Assembly (NCBI GenBank): GCA_976551045.1
Contig: CDPCPM010000123.1
Span: 1,984,001-2,048,000, forward strand
Direction of reading: 5' to 3'
Source: Glaucostegus cemiculus
Taxonomy: Eukaryota
DNA: 64,000 nucleotides
Shown: one piece after another, positions 13,271-27,600 of the stretch
Layout: each line of letters opens with the position of its first letter
Numbering within the stretch: position 1 is the first letter of the stretch
The notes under the pieces: model-generated
The model's database searches: none
What the model was told of the DNA's origin: nothing
Seen by the model: the letters and a program-made list of their open reading frames with translations, nothing else
Program-made: the position numbers and the translations under genes

Positions 13271-14014
13271 GACAACTAGCAAAATGCCACAATTGTTTCG
13301 AAGAGGTGAGTAGTCATGGGAGAATTAAGCTGAGCATCAGCACCATTAAAAAACTCCTTCACTCTGCTGATTACTGACAGGACACTGCTGGGGCAGTAAT
13401 TTAACAGAATTTTCACACTTTTTAAAATCAACAAGGCATATCTGGCAATTTTCCATTTTAATGGGTAGATATCCATGTTGTGGATGTATGGAACAGCTTA
13501 GCCCAAGACATAACCATTTCTAGGCTACAAGTCAACACTGTAGTCCAAAAATGATTGGACTCCTAACTTTTGAAACAACGTGCTAGCGCTTTCAGTTATT
13601 ATTTAACACTTAACAAGTTATTATTTAACACTCTACAACAATTGGAACTATGGGCTGGGGAGGGGGGAGGGGTGCAGTGTGAAGGAGAAATGGATGTAGT
13701 TTCTCATCCACTGAGCAGTATAGATAAAGATGTTAGCAAATGCTTCAGCTTCATCTTCAGCAACTCTGTTCTAAGCTTCACCATGGGTGAGAATTATGGA
13801 GCTTCTTTACATGCTTGCTGCCATGCATGAATGGATGTGGCAAGTCCTGAGTTGTGACCCAATCTGATGATTGTGGGATAGCTTTCCTCTATGATTAAGA
13901 TTACTATCAGATCAACCACGATGTTATTAAATGATAGAGAAGACTTGAAGGACCTCAATGGCCTCCTCTCGCTCCTAACTCACATGTACATCAACCAAGG
14001 TCTGGATTTAACGC

Positions 14015-14447
14015 CCATAAGATATAGGAGCAGAATGAGGCCATTTGGCCCATCAAGTCTGCTCTGCCATTCAATCATGGCTGATTTCTTTTCAACTCCA
14101 TTTTTCCACCTTCTCGCAACCCTTGACCCTCTTGCCAATTAAGAACCTATCAATCTCTGCCTTAAATACACTCAATGACTTGGCCTCCCCAGCCCTCTGT
14201 GGCAACAAATTCCACAGATTCACCAGAGTCTGGCTGAAGAAATTCTTCCTCATCTCAGTTTTAAAGGGACTCTGAGGCTGTGCCCTCGGATCCTAGACTC
14301 TCCTACTGATGGAAACATCCTCTCCACGTCCAGTCTATCTAGGCTTTTTAGTATTCGGTAGGTTTCAATGAGATTCTCCCTCATCCTTCTGAACTCCATT
14401 GAGTACAGGCTCTGAAACATCAAACACTCCTCATACATTAACCCTTT
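14015..14447 (-). mobile_element. CR1 3' fragment
   Basis: ORF 14250-14438 LYSMEFRRMRENLIETYRILKSLDRLDVERMFP. The tail reads CATAAGATATAGGAGCAG on +. Confidence 0.85.
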
Positions 14448-14596
14448 TATTTAAGGGGTGGAAAGCTGCCCAAGAAAACCTCACCTGCCAGTGGGAAGTT
14501 GATGTCTGATTTAACACAATCAAATGTGAAATAAATCTTTATAACTGGTGTTTAGCCCAAGGGCAAGAGAGTGATTAGAATTTTTTCTTCATTTGG

Positions 14597-15141
14597 GTCA
14601 GACTCCAGTTGGAGTATTGTGCTCAGTTCTGGTTGACTCACCACAGGAAAGATGCGGAAGCCATAGAGAGGGTGCAGTGGAGGTTTACGAGGATGCTGCC
14701 TGGAATGCGGAGCATGCCTAATGAAAGCAGGTTGCAGGAACTCGGCCTTTTCTCCTTGGAGAGGAGGAGGATGAGGGGGGACCTGATAGAGGTATATAAG
14801 TTGATGAGAGGTATTGATTGGGTAGATAGTCAGAGGCTTTTCCCCAGGGCTGAAATGGTGGCCACAAGAGGACATAGGTTTAAGATGCTGGGAGTAGATA
14901 TAGAGGAGATGTCAGAGGAAAGTTTTTTACTCAAAGAGTGGTGAGTGCATTGAATGGGCTGCCGGAAGCAGTGGTGGAGACTGATACGATAGGGTCTTTC
15001 AAGAGACTGTTAGATAGGTACATGGAGCTAAGTAAAATAGAGGGCTATGGGAATGCCCAGTAATTTCTAGTGTAGGGACATGTTCAGCACAGCTTTGTGG
15101 GCCGAAGGGCCTGAATTGTGCTGTGGTTTTTCTATGTTCTA
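14597..15141 (+). mobile_element. Young CR1 3' fragment, inverted twin of 6176-6710
   Basis: ORF 14609-14944 EYCAQFW...LERRRMRGDLIEVYK. Tail GGGCCGAAGGGCCTG...TATGTTCTA. Confidence 0.9.
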
Positions 15142-15449
15142 TTTGGAAGTACAGAAACATCAGTATGTTTTAGGAAACTAGCAGTGGTAGCCCAATATGT
15201 AGTGCACGTTGTTACAGTTGGCATGCAACCAGTTAGGCTCATGGTGTATCAAATCTCAATGATTAGGAACCCTCCAGATGTAATTAATTTAATCCAATTT
15301 AACCAGCAAAATATTTGTTCCCTCTGGCCATGATTTATCTGATCAGGTCTTAACTCTGCCATTAAGGCACTGGTTTGCTGTGCTACCCAAAAATGAGACT
15401 ACTGCAACTGCTACAATGCCTTCACCATAGACCAATATTTCAGTCAGTT

Positions 15450-15860
15450 TCACATGAGCATCATTAAACAAAATTTGACACCGAATCGTAATGATATACA
15501 ACATAATATGACCAATAGCTTGGTCAAGGAGAAACGTCTTAAAAAGCATCTTGAAAGAGGAAAGAAAGGTGAAGAAATACAGATGTTTGGGGAGTTATTC
15601 CAGAGCCAAGGACCTTTCCAGATGAAAGCAAGACCAACTGTGGCCCAAGTAAACCAAGCCTCAAACAATCAAATCTGGAGGTGCAGTAGTTTTAAAAGGC
15701 TAGGAAAGAATGTAGAATTAGGGAGGGGCAAGGTTATAGAGGAATTTGAAAAAAAGTTAAAAATGTCAGTTTAAATGGAAGCCAATTTAGGTCAGTGACC
15801 ACAGATGATAGCTGTACATAACCAGTGGGCCAATCATCAACTGTAACCTAGATTATTTTG
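15450..15860 (-). mobile_element. L2-like LINE 3' fragment
   Basis: On the minus strand: ...GGCTCTGGAATAACTCCCC...TTTAAGACGTTTCTCCTTGACCAAGCTATTGG (LWNNSP / FKTFLLDQA), typical of an L2 ORF2 C-terminus. Confidence 0.6.
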
Positions 15861-16844
15861 GTCTTGCCTTGTTGATGCATATATACTAGTGAGTCTGCTA
15901 AGGGTGGTTCCATTTCAGGCATGCCATTTTTGATTCAATTTGATTCTATACACCACTTCCTCCTCCCACATTAACACAAGCTTAAGCTTGATATCTAGTG
16001 TACACTCCTGAAAGATAATTATCAAATTCAGGTGCATATGATGCAAAATTCAACTTCACAGCCTAACTTTGTCTGAAAGATAGCTACTTATGTTGAAAGC
16101 TATGCATATATACATATACTGCAAGGTAAGCCGATTATTTGATTCAACCCGAAGTCTGGAGAGGTTCTAAGCTAAAGGAAAAAACATCTATCCCATAAAC
16201 TGTCTGAGATTAGATTATTCAGATAAAAGGGTTAAATAGAGAGTGGCCTTGACAGTTCCAGCTTTTCTTTAACAAAGATCTTTTATATAAAATGGGACTT
16301 AAAACATTTAAGAAATTCTAATCCAAATCCTGGTTTTATGCAGGTTGAAGACCTACTTTGCGATGACATCAGCTAAAAATACCAGATTTAGAAATATCCC
16401 ATATTTTAAAGAAATGAAGTTTCTTCTTTTAAAGACAAACCAACTTTAAAAACAAAACACTCTTGCTGAGTAGCAAATACCTTCCCAATCATTTTCTGTT
16501 GTCCTTTGTTTTCTTTTACTACTTTACCCATACTAACCAGTTAGTCACTTATCCTTTAGTATCTTCAAAATTGTTTCACCTTATGAGGGTATCATATGAT
16601 TTCCTTCAGTTGTATGAAGGTAGCTGGATGCAATGCTGAGAGGGGAAGAAAGCAATCAGCTAGTTTTAATAAACCTAGCCAGTTCCAATCATTCAATGCA
16701 AAACCTAAGCCAGGACAGCACACTTTAAGCCTAGACAGAACAGCTGTTGGACACCAAGGGACTATAAGGGCAGTCATATTTAGGACATTGGTTCTATGTG
16801 GATTTGGGAAACATACATATTTAGATCTGAAGCTAACAGAGAGA

Positions 16845-17200
16845 GGGAAAATGTTGGGAACACTCAGTAGGTCAAACAACAGCTGTTGACAGAGAAACTA
16901 TTAACATTTCAGGTCAATAACCTTTCATGTGATAAAGTAATAGAGAAAAATAACTGTGAAGATGCATAAGAAGGTAAAGTGGTAAGAAAAAAGAGAAAAA
17001 TCTGTTACTGAGTGGAAGACAGAAGAGTTTAATTGATAAAACAGGTAATAGCACCAGTGATAAGTTTAGAGGAGATGTAAATGCAGAATTTCTCTGAAAT
17101 TACCAAGAAATAAGGAAAAAAAGACCTGAAAATGCTTGAAATGATTTGGAATTGTTCAGCCCAGAATTTTCCAGGAAAACTGAAATGTGCCTTGATTAAA
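16845..17200 (-). mobile_element. Decayed Penelope pLTR and 3' region
   Basis: ATGTTGGGAACACTCAGTAGGTCAAACAACAGCTGT...ACATTTCAGGTC on +, followed by a purine-rich tract, as in the 35385 copy. Confidence 0.55.
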
Positions 17201-17439
17201 GATGAAAAGCTATTACAGAAGCTTACATTGAGATTCATTCAAGCACATTAGGATGCCAAGAATCCAGAGGTTAGAAAGAATGTGACCAAGAACACAGTTG
17301 ATATGCGACTCGAAGCTCAAGAGAAAATAAAACAGCTTTACAGGCACTACAGACAGAAAAACTGGGACAAAAGGAACAGACAGTGGATGGGGAGAGCACA
17401 GGAGACTTGACAACTTGCTGACATACACACAGGTTCTTC

Positions 17440-18660
17440 AGCTCAAACACCCAGATTCCACCCCCAAGTCTGGGATGAACTCAGTAAAAGAGAGTCAATG
17501 CCTGCTAGAAAGAACATTTTGAGGGTGTCCTTAACTGCCACTGACCTTGATGTGAGTATACTTGATCCCATCCCACAAACCTATCACAATGAAAAAGCAA
17601 GGCTTCAGGAATAGATGGTAATCCCACCAAAATCCTAAAACTCAGTCACAAATCCATGGCCTCATTGCCCACACTTAGGGAGAGAGCATGTTCTAGGGGG
17701 CCTCAGATGTTGTATGACTATTGTCAAGAAAAACCAACAAGTCCAATTGTGATAACTACAGAGGGGTCTCTTGCTATCCACCACAGGGTCACTCATCAGC
17801 AAGGTCCTCATCAACTGCCTCCCAATGGCTGAAGAGCTACTTCTCAAATCACAGTGGATTCAATCCATCCAGAAGCACAGTATATCATAATGATAATTCC
17901 AAGAAAAGTGCAGGAAGCATCACCAGCCATGATCTTTTTTGGTGTCACCAAAGCCTTTGACTCAATCAGGAGGGACTGTAGAACACCATCCTTAAAGTCA
18001 GCAGCCCACAAAAATTCCCCTCCATCTTACACATGCTCCATGATGCCAAGCAAGCTGTGATATTAACCAATGAGTCTACAATAGAAATAAAAATGGGAAA
18101 GGCTGAAACACTCAACAAATCAGACAGCATCTGTGGAAAGAAAAATAAGTTAATAGGCTTTCAAGTCTTAGACCCCTCCTTTTTCAGACCAGTTTCCAGC
18201 ATTTGCTGGTTTTTTTGGTCTACAATAGAACCATTCTCAGTCTACGTCACTGGCCTCTCCCACATCAATTGCATGCCAAACAAATCTCAGAATTCTATTC
18301 CAAGGTCTCATGAGAAGAGACTACCAAATGGATAGACAAAAAGATTGAAAAGTGTGCTCAAGACCTGCTTGAGGAAATGCAACATCCCACTCACTCCTAG
18401 GAATATCTTGACCCATTTCCAAAGTGGAGGAAGAACATTTGACACAGTATTGAGAACCGAGGCCGTGATCAGGAATACACAGAGGTCTCATGCAAGAGTT
18501 GGATGACTTGCACCACCTCACATAATATCCACCCACCTGTCCCATTAGACACCACCTACCCCGCCTGTGGAAGAATATGCAGTGGCCTTGTCAGCCATCT
18601 CAGAATTCACAAAACTGGACTGCAATTAAGCCAATGTTGATCCCAAGGGGCTGCTTAACA
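17440..18660 (+). mobile_element. Decayed RTE-clade LINE
   Basis: NKSNCDNYRGVS, EELLLKSQ.GFNPSRST, QEKCRK and FFGVTKAFDS remnants. The 3' end has a C..CGR.C zinc-finger-like coding relic (~18560-18610). Confidence 0.7.
18087..18217. mobile_element. Penelope-derived mini-element with 13-bp TSD, inserted in the RTE LINE
   Basis: GTCTACAATAGAA at 18074-18086 and 18218-18230. The interior is a pLTR arm plus the TTTCCAGCATTTGC terminus. Confidence 0.75.
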
Positions 18661-21600
18661 AAAGCATTTGGTCACACTTTTACACTGATTGAAAATGTTT
18701 CACAAAGCAATGACCAAATCCATTTTTGGCCTTCCCAGTAAGAGAACAGAGTTAACAAGGAATACAGTATACTAAATAAAACTATCAGTATATCACTGCT
18801 TTAGGGGAAAATATTGCTAAGTAATTATCAACAATGAATATAGTGTGTCTTGATCTCTAGTCTTTCTTCCTTCCCCACCCCAAATGGTGCTAATTATTCA
18901 AAAATATGAATAAGCAATAGTAGATTACGTATAGCTACGTGGAGAACAATGAAATACTGACCTGATGTAAACCAGATGACCTTTGTTTAAACCTTGATTT
19001 TGAATCAATTATAACTAACAAGTAAAAAGAATTCTTGCAAACAGTATTTCCCCCCAAAATTATTCAGCTGAAAGTGGTTATTTGCAAGTTCCCTTCAAGG
19101 AACTGTTGGAATATGCAGTGCACATAATTTTAATGACAATAAGAAATTCATGTAATTCTCAAATGCTAAGCAGCTCCAACAAAATTATTCTTACAAGTGG
19201 ATCAAACTGGAGAGCATTTGAACACGCTTGGTGGCTTGGGCTAAAAATAAAGCAGCATTCTTATATCGTGACACTACTAATTGATCAATAAATTGGAACT
19301 CAGTCAACAAGAGACAGAATACAGTAAAGCTCCAACTATTCAGAAATCTTAATGGTTTAGTGTCAGGCTCTGATGTAAACAAAGAATGAGGCAAACAGAC
19401 AGGTGTAGCTGCCCAAACTATTGTAATTTAAAAGGCACCATGATTACCTATGATTTCTCAGGTGATGCTTGCTGCGCTCCTCCCCAGTCTCCATCCTCCC
19501 CTCCACCCAGTTTCTGTGCCTTCTTAAAATTCATCTGGTTTTATTGGCTGTGTTCCCTTTAAAATTAACAGTTCCATGCTACCCACAGTCACTTTAAACT
19601 TATTCTGTGTAACATTTAAAGTGAATTAAATCTGATGAAGCATTAATAGAATAACATCTATATTCCAGAAAATCTGTTGGTCCGTCATCAAAGTCAAGCT
19701 TGCTGGATTAAGAGTTTTAAAGTATGCTGCTTCTTTTAGAAGGCAAAATACTTCAAATCTTCAGAATAATTTTCTTCACAACTTTAGGGTTCTTTTTGAA
19801 AGGTCTATTATTTAATTGAATAAGCCTGATTTCACTATTAAGAATTTCAGTAAGAACTGTCATCCACCCAAAAACCCTGACACGTGCATTTCATTATCCG
19901 GGATGGTGACAAGTGATTATCTTCTCTCTTCACTGAAATTGAAACAGCAATGTGAACCAATATGGTTCAGTTAATTCAAAGACAGCACTAAACTGGGCTT
20001 CACTTCTACAGCTATCCTAAGAGCAACAACACTCCCTTTCAGAGCTATGTGTGATTGATCCTGTCAATGGGGTGATGTCATCTGTTGACAATGCTGTCCA
20101 GTTGTCTGCCCCATGAGAGAACAATTTAGTTAGGGATGAAGATTCAGATAACTTGGATTCTATTCACAAAGCACAATAGTGTTTTCACTCTCTCGTCAAG
20201 GCCATCTAACAGCAGTTCAAAATTTAAAACTAGTTTCCATATATAGTATATGGTCGGTACCCAGAATAGAAACACAGTAGCTTCCACAGAAAAATTATGG
20301 ATAAATCCTAAATTTATTTTTTTTATTAATAACAGTTCATATAATTAGAGTACATAATTCAAACATTGTAAATCAAAAGTCATGAATCAGCTGCCCACAA
20401 AGGGGTTATTTTGCAATAAGCTGCTAATGTTTCCATCTATTCTACTAACACACATAATGTATCTGTTCCATGACAATTTGAGATAGACCTACTACTGTGT
20501 ATTTTACAAAACTAAAATGATACAAAGAAAATAAAAACCTTATTTAAAAATAGCTCACTTTAGAATTTCACTGCAGGCATCAGAGGTGGACACCACACAC
20601 AAGTTACTTTTTCAGTAGTTTAAATCAAAAATAATGCTTTATGGAAGCAAAAACCATTGCAGAATAAAAATCACCAATTTTACTTTCATCACATCCTGTT
20701 TTCTCTGTTGTGACAGGCCTCTGGCAAAAGACATACACTGATGAAGAAAATCATCTACATCAACAATTTCAGAACAAATTACTAAGTTGTATTAATGAAG
20801 TGCATCCAACTTTATCATTTAAACTTTTGCAAGGTTTTTGCCAGCTCTACGCAACCTTCTTAAATGTTGATCTTAAATGTCCATCTTAAATGTTGATCGC
20901 AGACTACATGGAAAACAGTTTATGACTTCAATTATGAAATACCCAGTCACAATTTGAATTTTTTATCCTATGTCCTACCAGAAGCTCATTTTGAAATTGC
21001 ACATAGACCTACCAGTTCTGTACTTGTATCCAGGTTTCCTCAAGGTTAGATCCTTTAAGAATTAAATGCACAAATCTCACATCTTGACTCAAATCCTAAC
21101 TAACAATGGAAATTCAGCTTTGAAACTCCTCTTAATAATGCCCTGTGTTTGAAATCTTTATCATAAGAAAAATGGGACACAATATACAAGATGGATCTTA
21201 CTGCAGTATTGCTGAGGTTCAGAATTCCACCCTCTAACTTTTGTAGAGGAAATGGCTATTTATAGTGTGCTTAGTGTTACCTGCATTTCATAGGTTATAG
21301 TGTGTTTAAAAGGGAAATGTATCCAGTAGATAGATGGGTCAATTACAATTAACAGCTGTGATACAAGCTAAATTAAGTGTGATAGCACAAGTAGCTGATT
21401 AACTGAGAATTGACATATAATAGGTTGGAGGTGCTCAAATGGAACAATACTGAACAGAGAAAAGGAAACACAAAGGAATAAGTCAACTACCAATTCAAAA
21501 CTAATGAATTCGATCCTCATCTATTACTACTGCCCTCCATTGGCTGAAATCAAAATATGTTCATTTCTAAGATCCAATTTGTATTTCTCTACATTTTTGA

Positions 21601-24600
21601 ATATTTGCTTAGATCAAGGGACTATTTTAAAAAATGAAGCTAAATTGTGTTTGGACGCAGGCCTCAACTTATTTTTCTTTCCTTATACTGTACTTAATTA
21701 CTTTCCAAGAAACTAACTGCCAAGACCATTAACATTTTTAAATCTTCTCTTGTAAATATAACTAATTTGGTGCTTTTGAGTAAACATGAATGGTTTTTCT
21801 TCCATGGAGTAGCCGGCACTGAAATTCAGCTGCCACCAATGTACAATTTTATCTGCTTTCAAAACTGCTCCATAAATAGGTATTCATTCTTCACCGAAAT
21901 TAACCAACTTCTTGAGCATCACAAAGCTTAATGTTGAATCTCGATGTTAAGCTTTGGCAGGGATTTTCCTATAAAATCCAAGGCCTTGGACATTCTTGGA
22001 ATACATTTGGTGACTTTCCAAACACACTGTTCTTTTAAGAGGAACTGCAATTCAGAAGGATTTCCCTGGCTGCAATTGGACATGAATTGTTAAAATTGCT
22101 ACATTAATGTAACTTCACTCTCTTTACTCAGAAATGCACAGAAACACACATGTAGCCTAACTAGCATAAATGAAGCCTCCCAACTTGTAATCAAAGACTA
22201 GCAGTTAACAGAGTTGGTACTGAAGTTAATAAATCTTAAGATATCATAATTTAAAAATCCTTAAGGGCAAGGTGAGTTGGAAGATATTTTAATCACAGCT
22301 ATTACTCTGCAAAATGCTTTTTTGCTTGAAATGAAAGACAGATCGGCTCAATATAACACATATCTATTATATTTAGCTTTGTATTAGAAAAAAGCATTTC
22401 TACAGCAATAAAAAGTGCTTCAACTTCCAATATTGCTATTGGGAAGCTTGGCCATAATCTATAAACAGAGCTTCTGAAAACATTTGCCCTGCAGTTAGAT
22501 TTTCCATATCCTACTTTGAAATCTCCGCCTGCCTGCAGTAAGCAGGAGTGCTGCAGATCATTAACTACTCATTTATCAATGTCTCTCTGCCAGGCAACAC
22601 AATACAGCAGAACTGCACAAAGTAACCACTCTGATCCCAGCAACAGCATCTAATTAGCATAGCCTACCAAAGCAACAGCACCAGATGATTGGCTGTCGTT
22701 CAAACTTGCTGATCAAATCACAGCAAGACATGTTAATAACATACTTCTGTTGCTGGGGTACAACTGCCTGCTATTGCCCAATAGGAAAACAAGTAGTAAA
22801 CAAGCAATGAAAATTATGCTTTGTCATAATTCCAAGTTGTTTTTAACCCTTAAAATAGCAGTATGGAACCAGCAAAAGAATACAAAAGCAAATGTTTACA
22901 ATTTTCATAGAATAAGATAGATACACAGATTATTCTGAATGCCATATATTACAGATTACAAACCACCAGCTAACAGTTTATATTCATCGAGACAGTGAAA
23001 TCAGGATACATACAAAATTAAACGAAGAGGTTGAACAGCATCCATATACCTTTCCCTGGCTAGATTTATAGATGTTGAGATTAAAGGCAACATCATGCTA
23101 ACAATTTCATCTTATATACTTCAAAATTTATTTCAAGCGTTACTTTGTTCTCCCTCCAAGGAAAAAATACATAATAAATAAAACATTTCCAGATGTCAAA
23201 CAAATAGTACTCATTGATCCAGAAGAATCTAAACAACAAAATTATCCAATAAGATCCTCTGCAATGACAACAAACTGCAAGTGTTGGTGCAGAGTCTCAA
23301 ATGTAAAAAGCTGAACTGCTACTATCAGTTGTATCATATCCTGAAGCTTTCCAGGCAGCCAACTTACATCAGGTGTTAGATGTTTCAACATCTTTTAACA
23401 ACTATAAAATTTAATTAGCAGCAGCATGCCTTCACTAAAGCTTTTGACAATACTACTCTCATCAGCTAACAAAAACATGGAAAATAACAAAACTGCAATC
23501 ACATTCCTACATGTTGGTGGCCAATATATTCAATATAATGCAGCAATAGAATTACTATCTTGTCTGTCATTCCAAACGACCTGGATGGAGGCAGAAATAC
23601 ACTTGGTTACAAAAGAGCAAGCTCCATTAAACCAAAATCAAAATTCATTATTTGAATACTAATAGTCACCATCTTTTACTCCCCTAACCTCATTCCAACT
23701 TGCCCTGATCACTCGATACCACTTGTTTTAATAAAACTATGCAAGATTATTATAAATTATTTTTCTTTACTAAAGTCAGAGTCAATCTAGCAATTAAGAA
23801 CTGAAAACTCAGATAATGAATAGAAGTAACAAAGTGCAAAAAACTGGTTAAATTGGAAGCTTTCACAAGTCAGATATTGTAGATTCATGCCAAGCTTCAG
23901 TACTTGAGCACATAACATAATCAAGAATTCACTTTCTAATTTGGCTATATATTGTAACTGTGAAGAAAAAAATAAGTTAATAGATGCTGAAGGCAGGTAA
24001 CTGCATCTAGCATAACAGTCTATCACTGTGATCCTTCCTTCATATTTGAATTACACACCAGGTGATTATGTTTTCCAGAGTATGTTCCTGATCGTCAGAC
24101 ATATATTGGAGAAATTCTTAATTTCCACTTGTATTTCAATTGTCCATACCCATCATTGCTTTTGTGGATGCAATTCAGAAATGACTGCAGCCACGTGGGA
24201 GGTCAAAGTCAGAATCAACTATATTGGTCTTTCACAAGGTGCTTATTTGTAACGTCTTACGAGGCTTTTCAAGTTACATCGCAGTGGAGATGCAAGGATC
24301 AAGAAAAGCTTGTGAAATTTATTGGTGCCCATCTTTAGCCTGAAATATTATACCAAGACATTGTGTCCTGATTCAAATGAAAAAGAACAATTTTGATTTG
24401 AAGAATACAATTTTTAGACTTGGCTGATCAGCACTTGAATCACCAAATTATTTGGCTACTTATTCTAATTAATGATTTTACATTTGTTGTGTGCTTACTA
24501 ACCATCATGTTAGCTCCTGTACATTAAATAAACTTCAGAAATGATTTGTTGCATTTACAATGACCTTCAGGGTTGGAAGTGGAGCTGTTCACTGATGATT

Positions 24601-27600
24601 GCCCAGTGTTCAGTTCCAATCATTATTCCTCAGATAATGAAGCAATTCACTCTCATGCATAGCAAGACTAGGCCAGGCTTGGCCTGATAAATGGGAATTA
24701 AGATTCACACATAAAACCATTGGTGTCAGCTACCTCTAAATGAAGAGAGCAACACAACTAGCAAACAGAGTAAAATTACCAATGCCATATATTCTGCTAT
24801 CAGTACCCCAAAATATTTGTTTGTTAGGTAAGTGGGGATGGCGGAGGTTGTCAGCACTAACTAGAAACTGAAGTGGGCCAACCATATGCCAAGTGGTTAC
24901 ATTTGGAATGGAGCCTGGGCATTCTCTAACCACCAAATCACTTTGATTCCACAAATCTATTCCACCATGTGTATGAGCCTCCACAAGCAGAGCTGCAATA
25001 ATAAAGTAGCCTGCTCAAGTGACAACAACATTGCTGCAGAAGGATCATCCACAAGGTGCACTGAAGTAACCCGCCAAGGTACCTTCTGACATCGCTGGCC
25101 AGATACATAACCCTCAGCACACGAAAGGATGAGGTGCAGGTAGTACATGAGAACACCATTACCCACAAGTTCTTGCCTATCCCGACTTAAGAAATATCAG
25201 TGCTCCTCCATCAACTCTGGGTCAGAATCAGCAAATCTCCAGTGACAACTCCTTATATGCGAACAATTTCTATTTCTGTTGATGACATCTTTGTAGTCTT
25301 GTGTGAGGATTTTGTATTCCCACTTTCCATTTAAATATGGGAAATATTAATAAAACATGTATTTAAAAAATGTGTTCATCTATAAAGCAGGACATGCTGC
25401 AACTGATTCTGTTAATCCCAATTTACTTCATTATTCATAATTTCAGGTGGCTTCACTACACAAATGTTTTGATGTCATATACTGGGGAAAAGTGTACAAA
25501 TGGTTAAATAGACACATTCAAAAATATTGCCAATGATAGTAAGTGGCACAGATATTGATTGACTGGCTCTCAATGTATTTATTAATAATTAAATTACTGT
25601 TTGGAGGAAATTTAACAAAGAATAGCTACAATCCAGATTGCATATTTTGTAATAAATTTGTTTTTGTGAGAACTTGGTATGTCATAAGAACACTACGGCA
25701 GAAGAGGGAGCACATGATTGAAAAAGAGGAAAAACAATCATTGTATTTTGCTTCATTTATGAAATTAATTCACACTCTTCAACGGGATATTTTCTAACAT
25801 GCTTGAGTTTCAGCACGGTTTCCTCATCAAATAGTTGCAAATTGTCTGGGCCCACTGAGACTAAACATTTCTGATGAAGACTTTTCCAGGATGCAACTGC
25901 CAATCATAACTACTCCAATAATGAATTTGTCCATGGGAACCAGGATAACATTCTGGACTAGCAATCAAGTGGGATGTAAAATTTGTACCACACCAAATTC
26001 ATTCTGTGCTATCAATTGGCTATCAAGAGATCACCAGAATTAACAATGACTCCCTCTTTTGCAGCCTCTACTACCAATATTAGTTACCTGAACAATGCAA
26101 ATTCTACATCTCTCCAAATTGTGCACCACCTCTTATGGACATATATCACTATTGATTTACTAGTGATAGGTCATTTTCAAGAACTTGCTATTTATCAGTT
26201 TTGTGAGACACATCAGCAGCACTGGTCTCAGTATCAATTAAATATGGACAACAAAATGTCGATGTTATCTGCATCCAAAGAACAAAAGCCAGGCATGAAC
26301 ATTTAACCACTGCAATACACATGCAGCCTATCCAGCTTGGAGATTGCAACTAAAAAAAAATCAAATTATACTTGGAACATAAGAATATCAAACCACAAAC
26401 ATTCAAGACAATTTAATGGATATCCATATCTTGCTAATTTGATTTTTCTTTCCAAAGCACGCTTAACTTTTGATGCTTTAAGTACAGCTCTCCAAAATAA
26501 AAAGTAGTCTCAATAACACTATGAGCAAAATCAATAACTGCTTTAAGAGTACGTTACATGGAAGTATAAATAAATCCCATTATAATACAGCAAAAAGATG
26601 CCGCATTTCCTTTTGCAGACCCATATAAATTAAATGCTGGGAGAAAAGCTATGGTAAAACTATTTTTCAATGTGTTTTGTTTTTGAGTCAAAATTACTGC
26701 ATTTAAAATAAAACAAATGTTACATGTGCTTTCATAATTTTTGCTAATAAGTTAATAGGAACCTAGATTTGTCAACTTGAAATTAACAATTTCCTTTCAA
26801 TTTATTTTGAACTAAAAAAACTGGCAGTAAGACACTGTTAGATTCTTTGCCAACAAGTAAAACAACAAGACATACTTTTCTTTATTCCTTTAAGATTGGA
26901 CCCCTTTTGCAAGTAATACACCATACCCTCCAAAATGTTTCACCAAAACATTTAAAAATAACAAACCCACTAATATTTGTTTTTTAATGTCCTTTGTAGC
27001 CAGTATGATTTTCCAGCAGCTTCAATTTCCCAATGAACAAGGATGGATCATGTCCTTCTCCTAGTGGGGACAGTTTTATGCAATTATTCCTGCACTGCCC
27101 TTAAAGCAGCTAATTCCTTCAAACGGTCTATGTTTCCAATGGTGATACCATTAAATTTCTAGCAGGATCAATAACTTCTGTTAGATGAGGCACATCAGAA
27201 CAATTATCTAGTCTCTTGATGCTCTAGTTCCCCAACAGAAATGCTTTTGGGATTAGACTTGCACTACTAGGTCAGCCAAAGTCATAACAATGTTGCACTT
27301 GTATGTTAACACACAAGTACAGACAATATGTCAATGTTCCATTCCTGATTATATCCAGCAGTTACTTGATTATGAAGTTGAGATGCAACTTTAATTTCAT
27401 TCATCACTGCAAATCATACCAGTCAATTTCCTCCTCAACTTTCACAAGAAGTTGACAGATTTATTTAAGAGGAACACTATTCCAACAAAGCTTTGGGATG
27501 ATCCATTTTATTGTGATTTTGGTGTGGAACACTATAGTAAATATAGCAAGGGAAGTGTATGACTCACTTGCTCAGAAGCAATCAGATGCAAGGATGAATT

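Noticed and set aside
20858-20896. Three 13-bp tandem units (TCTTAAATGTTGA); also a 15-bp doublet at ~39148-39178
   Set aside because: Ordinary slippage duplications with no spacers, so not CRISPR-like.
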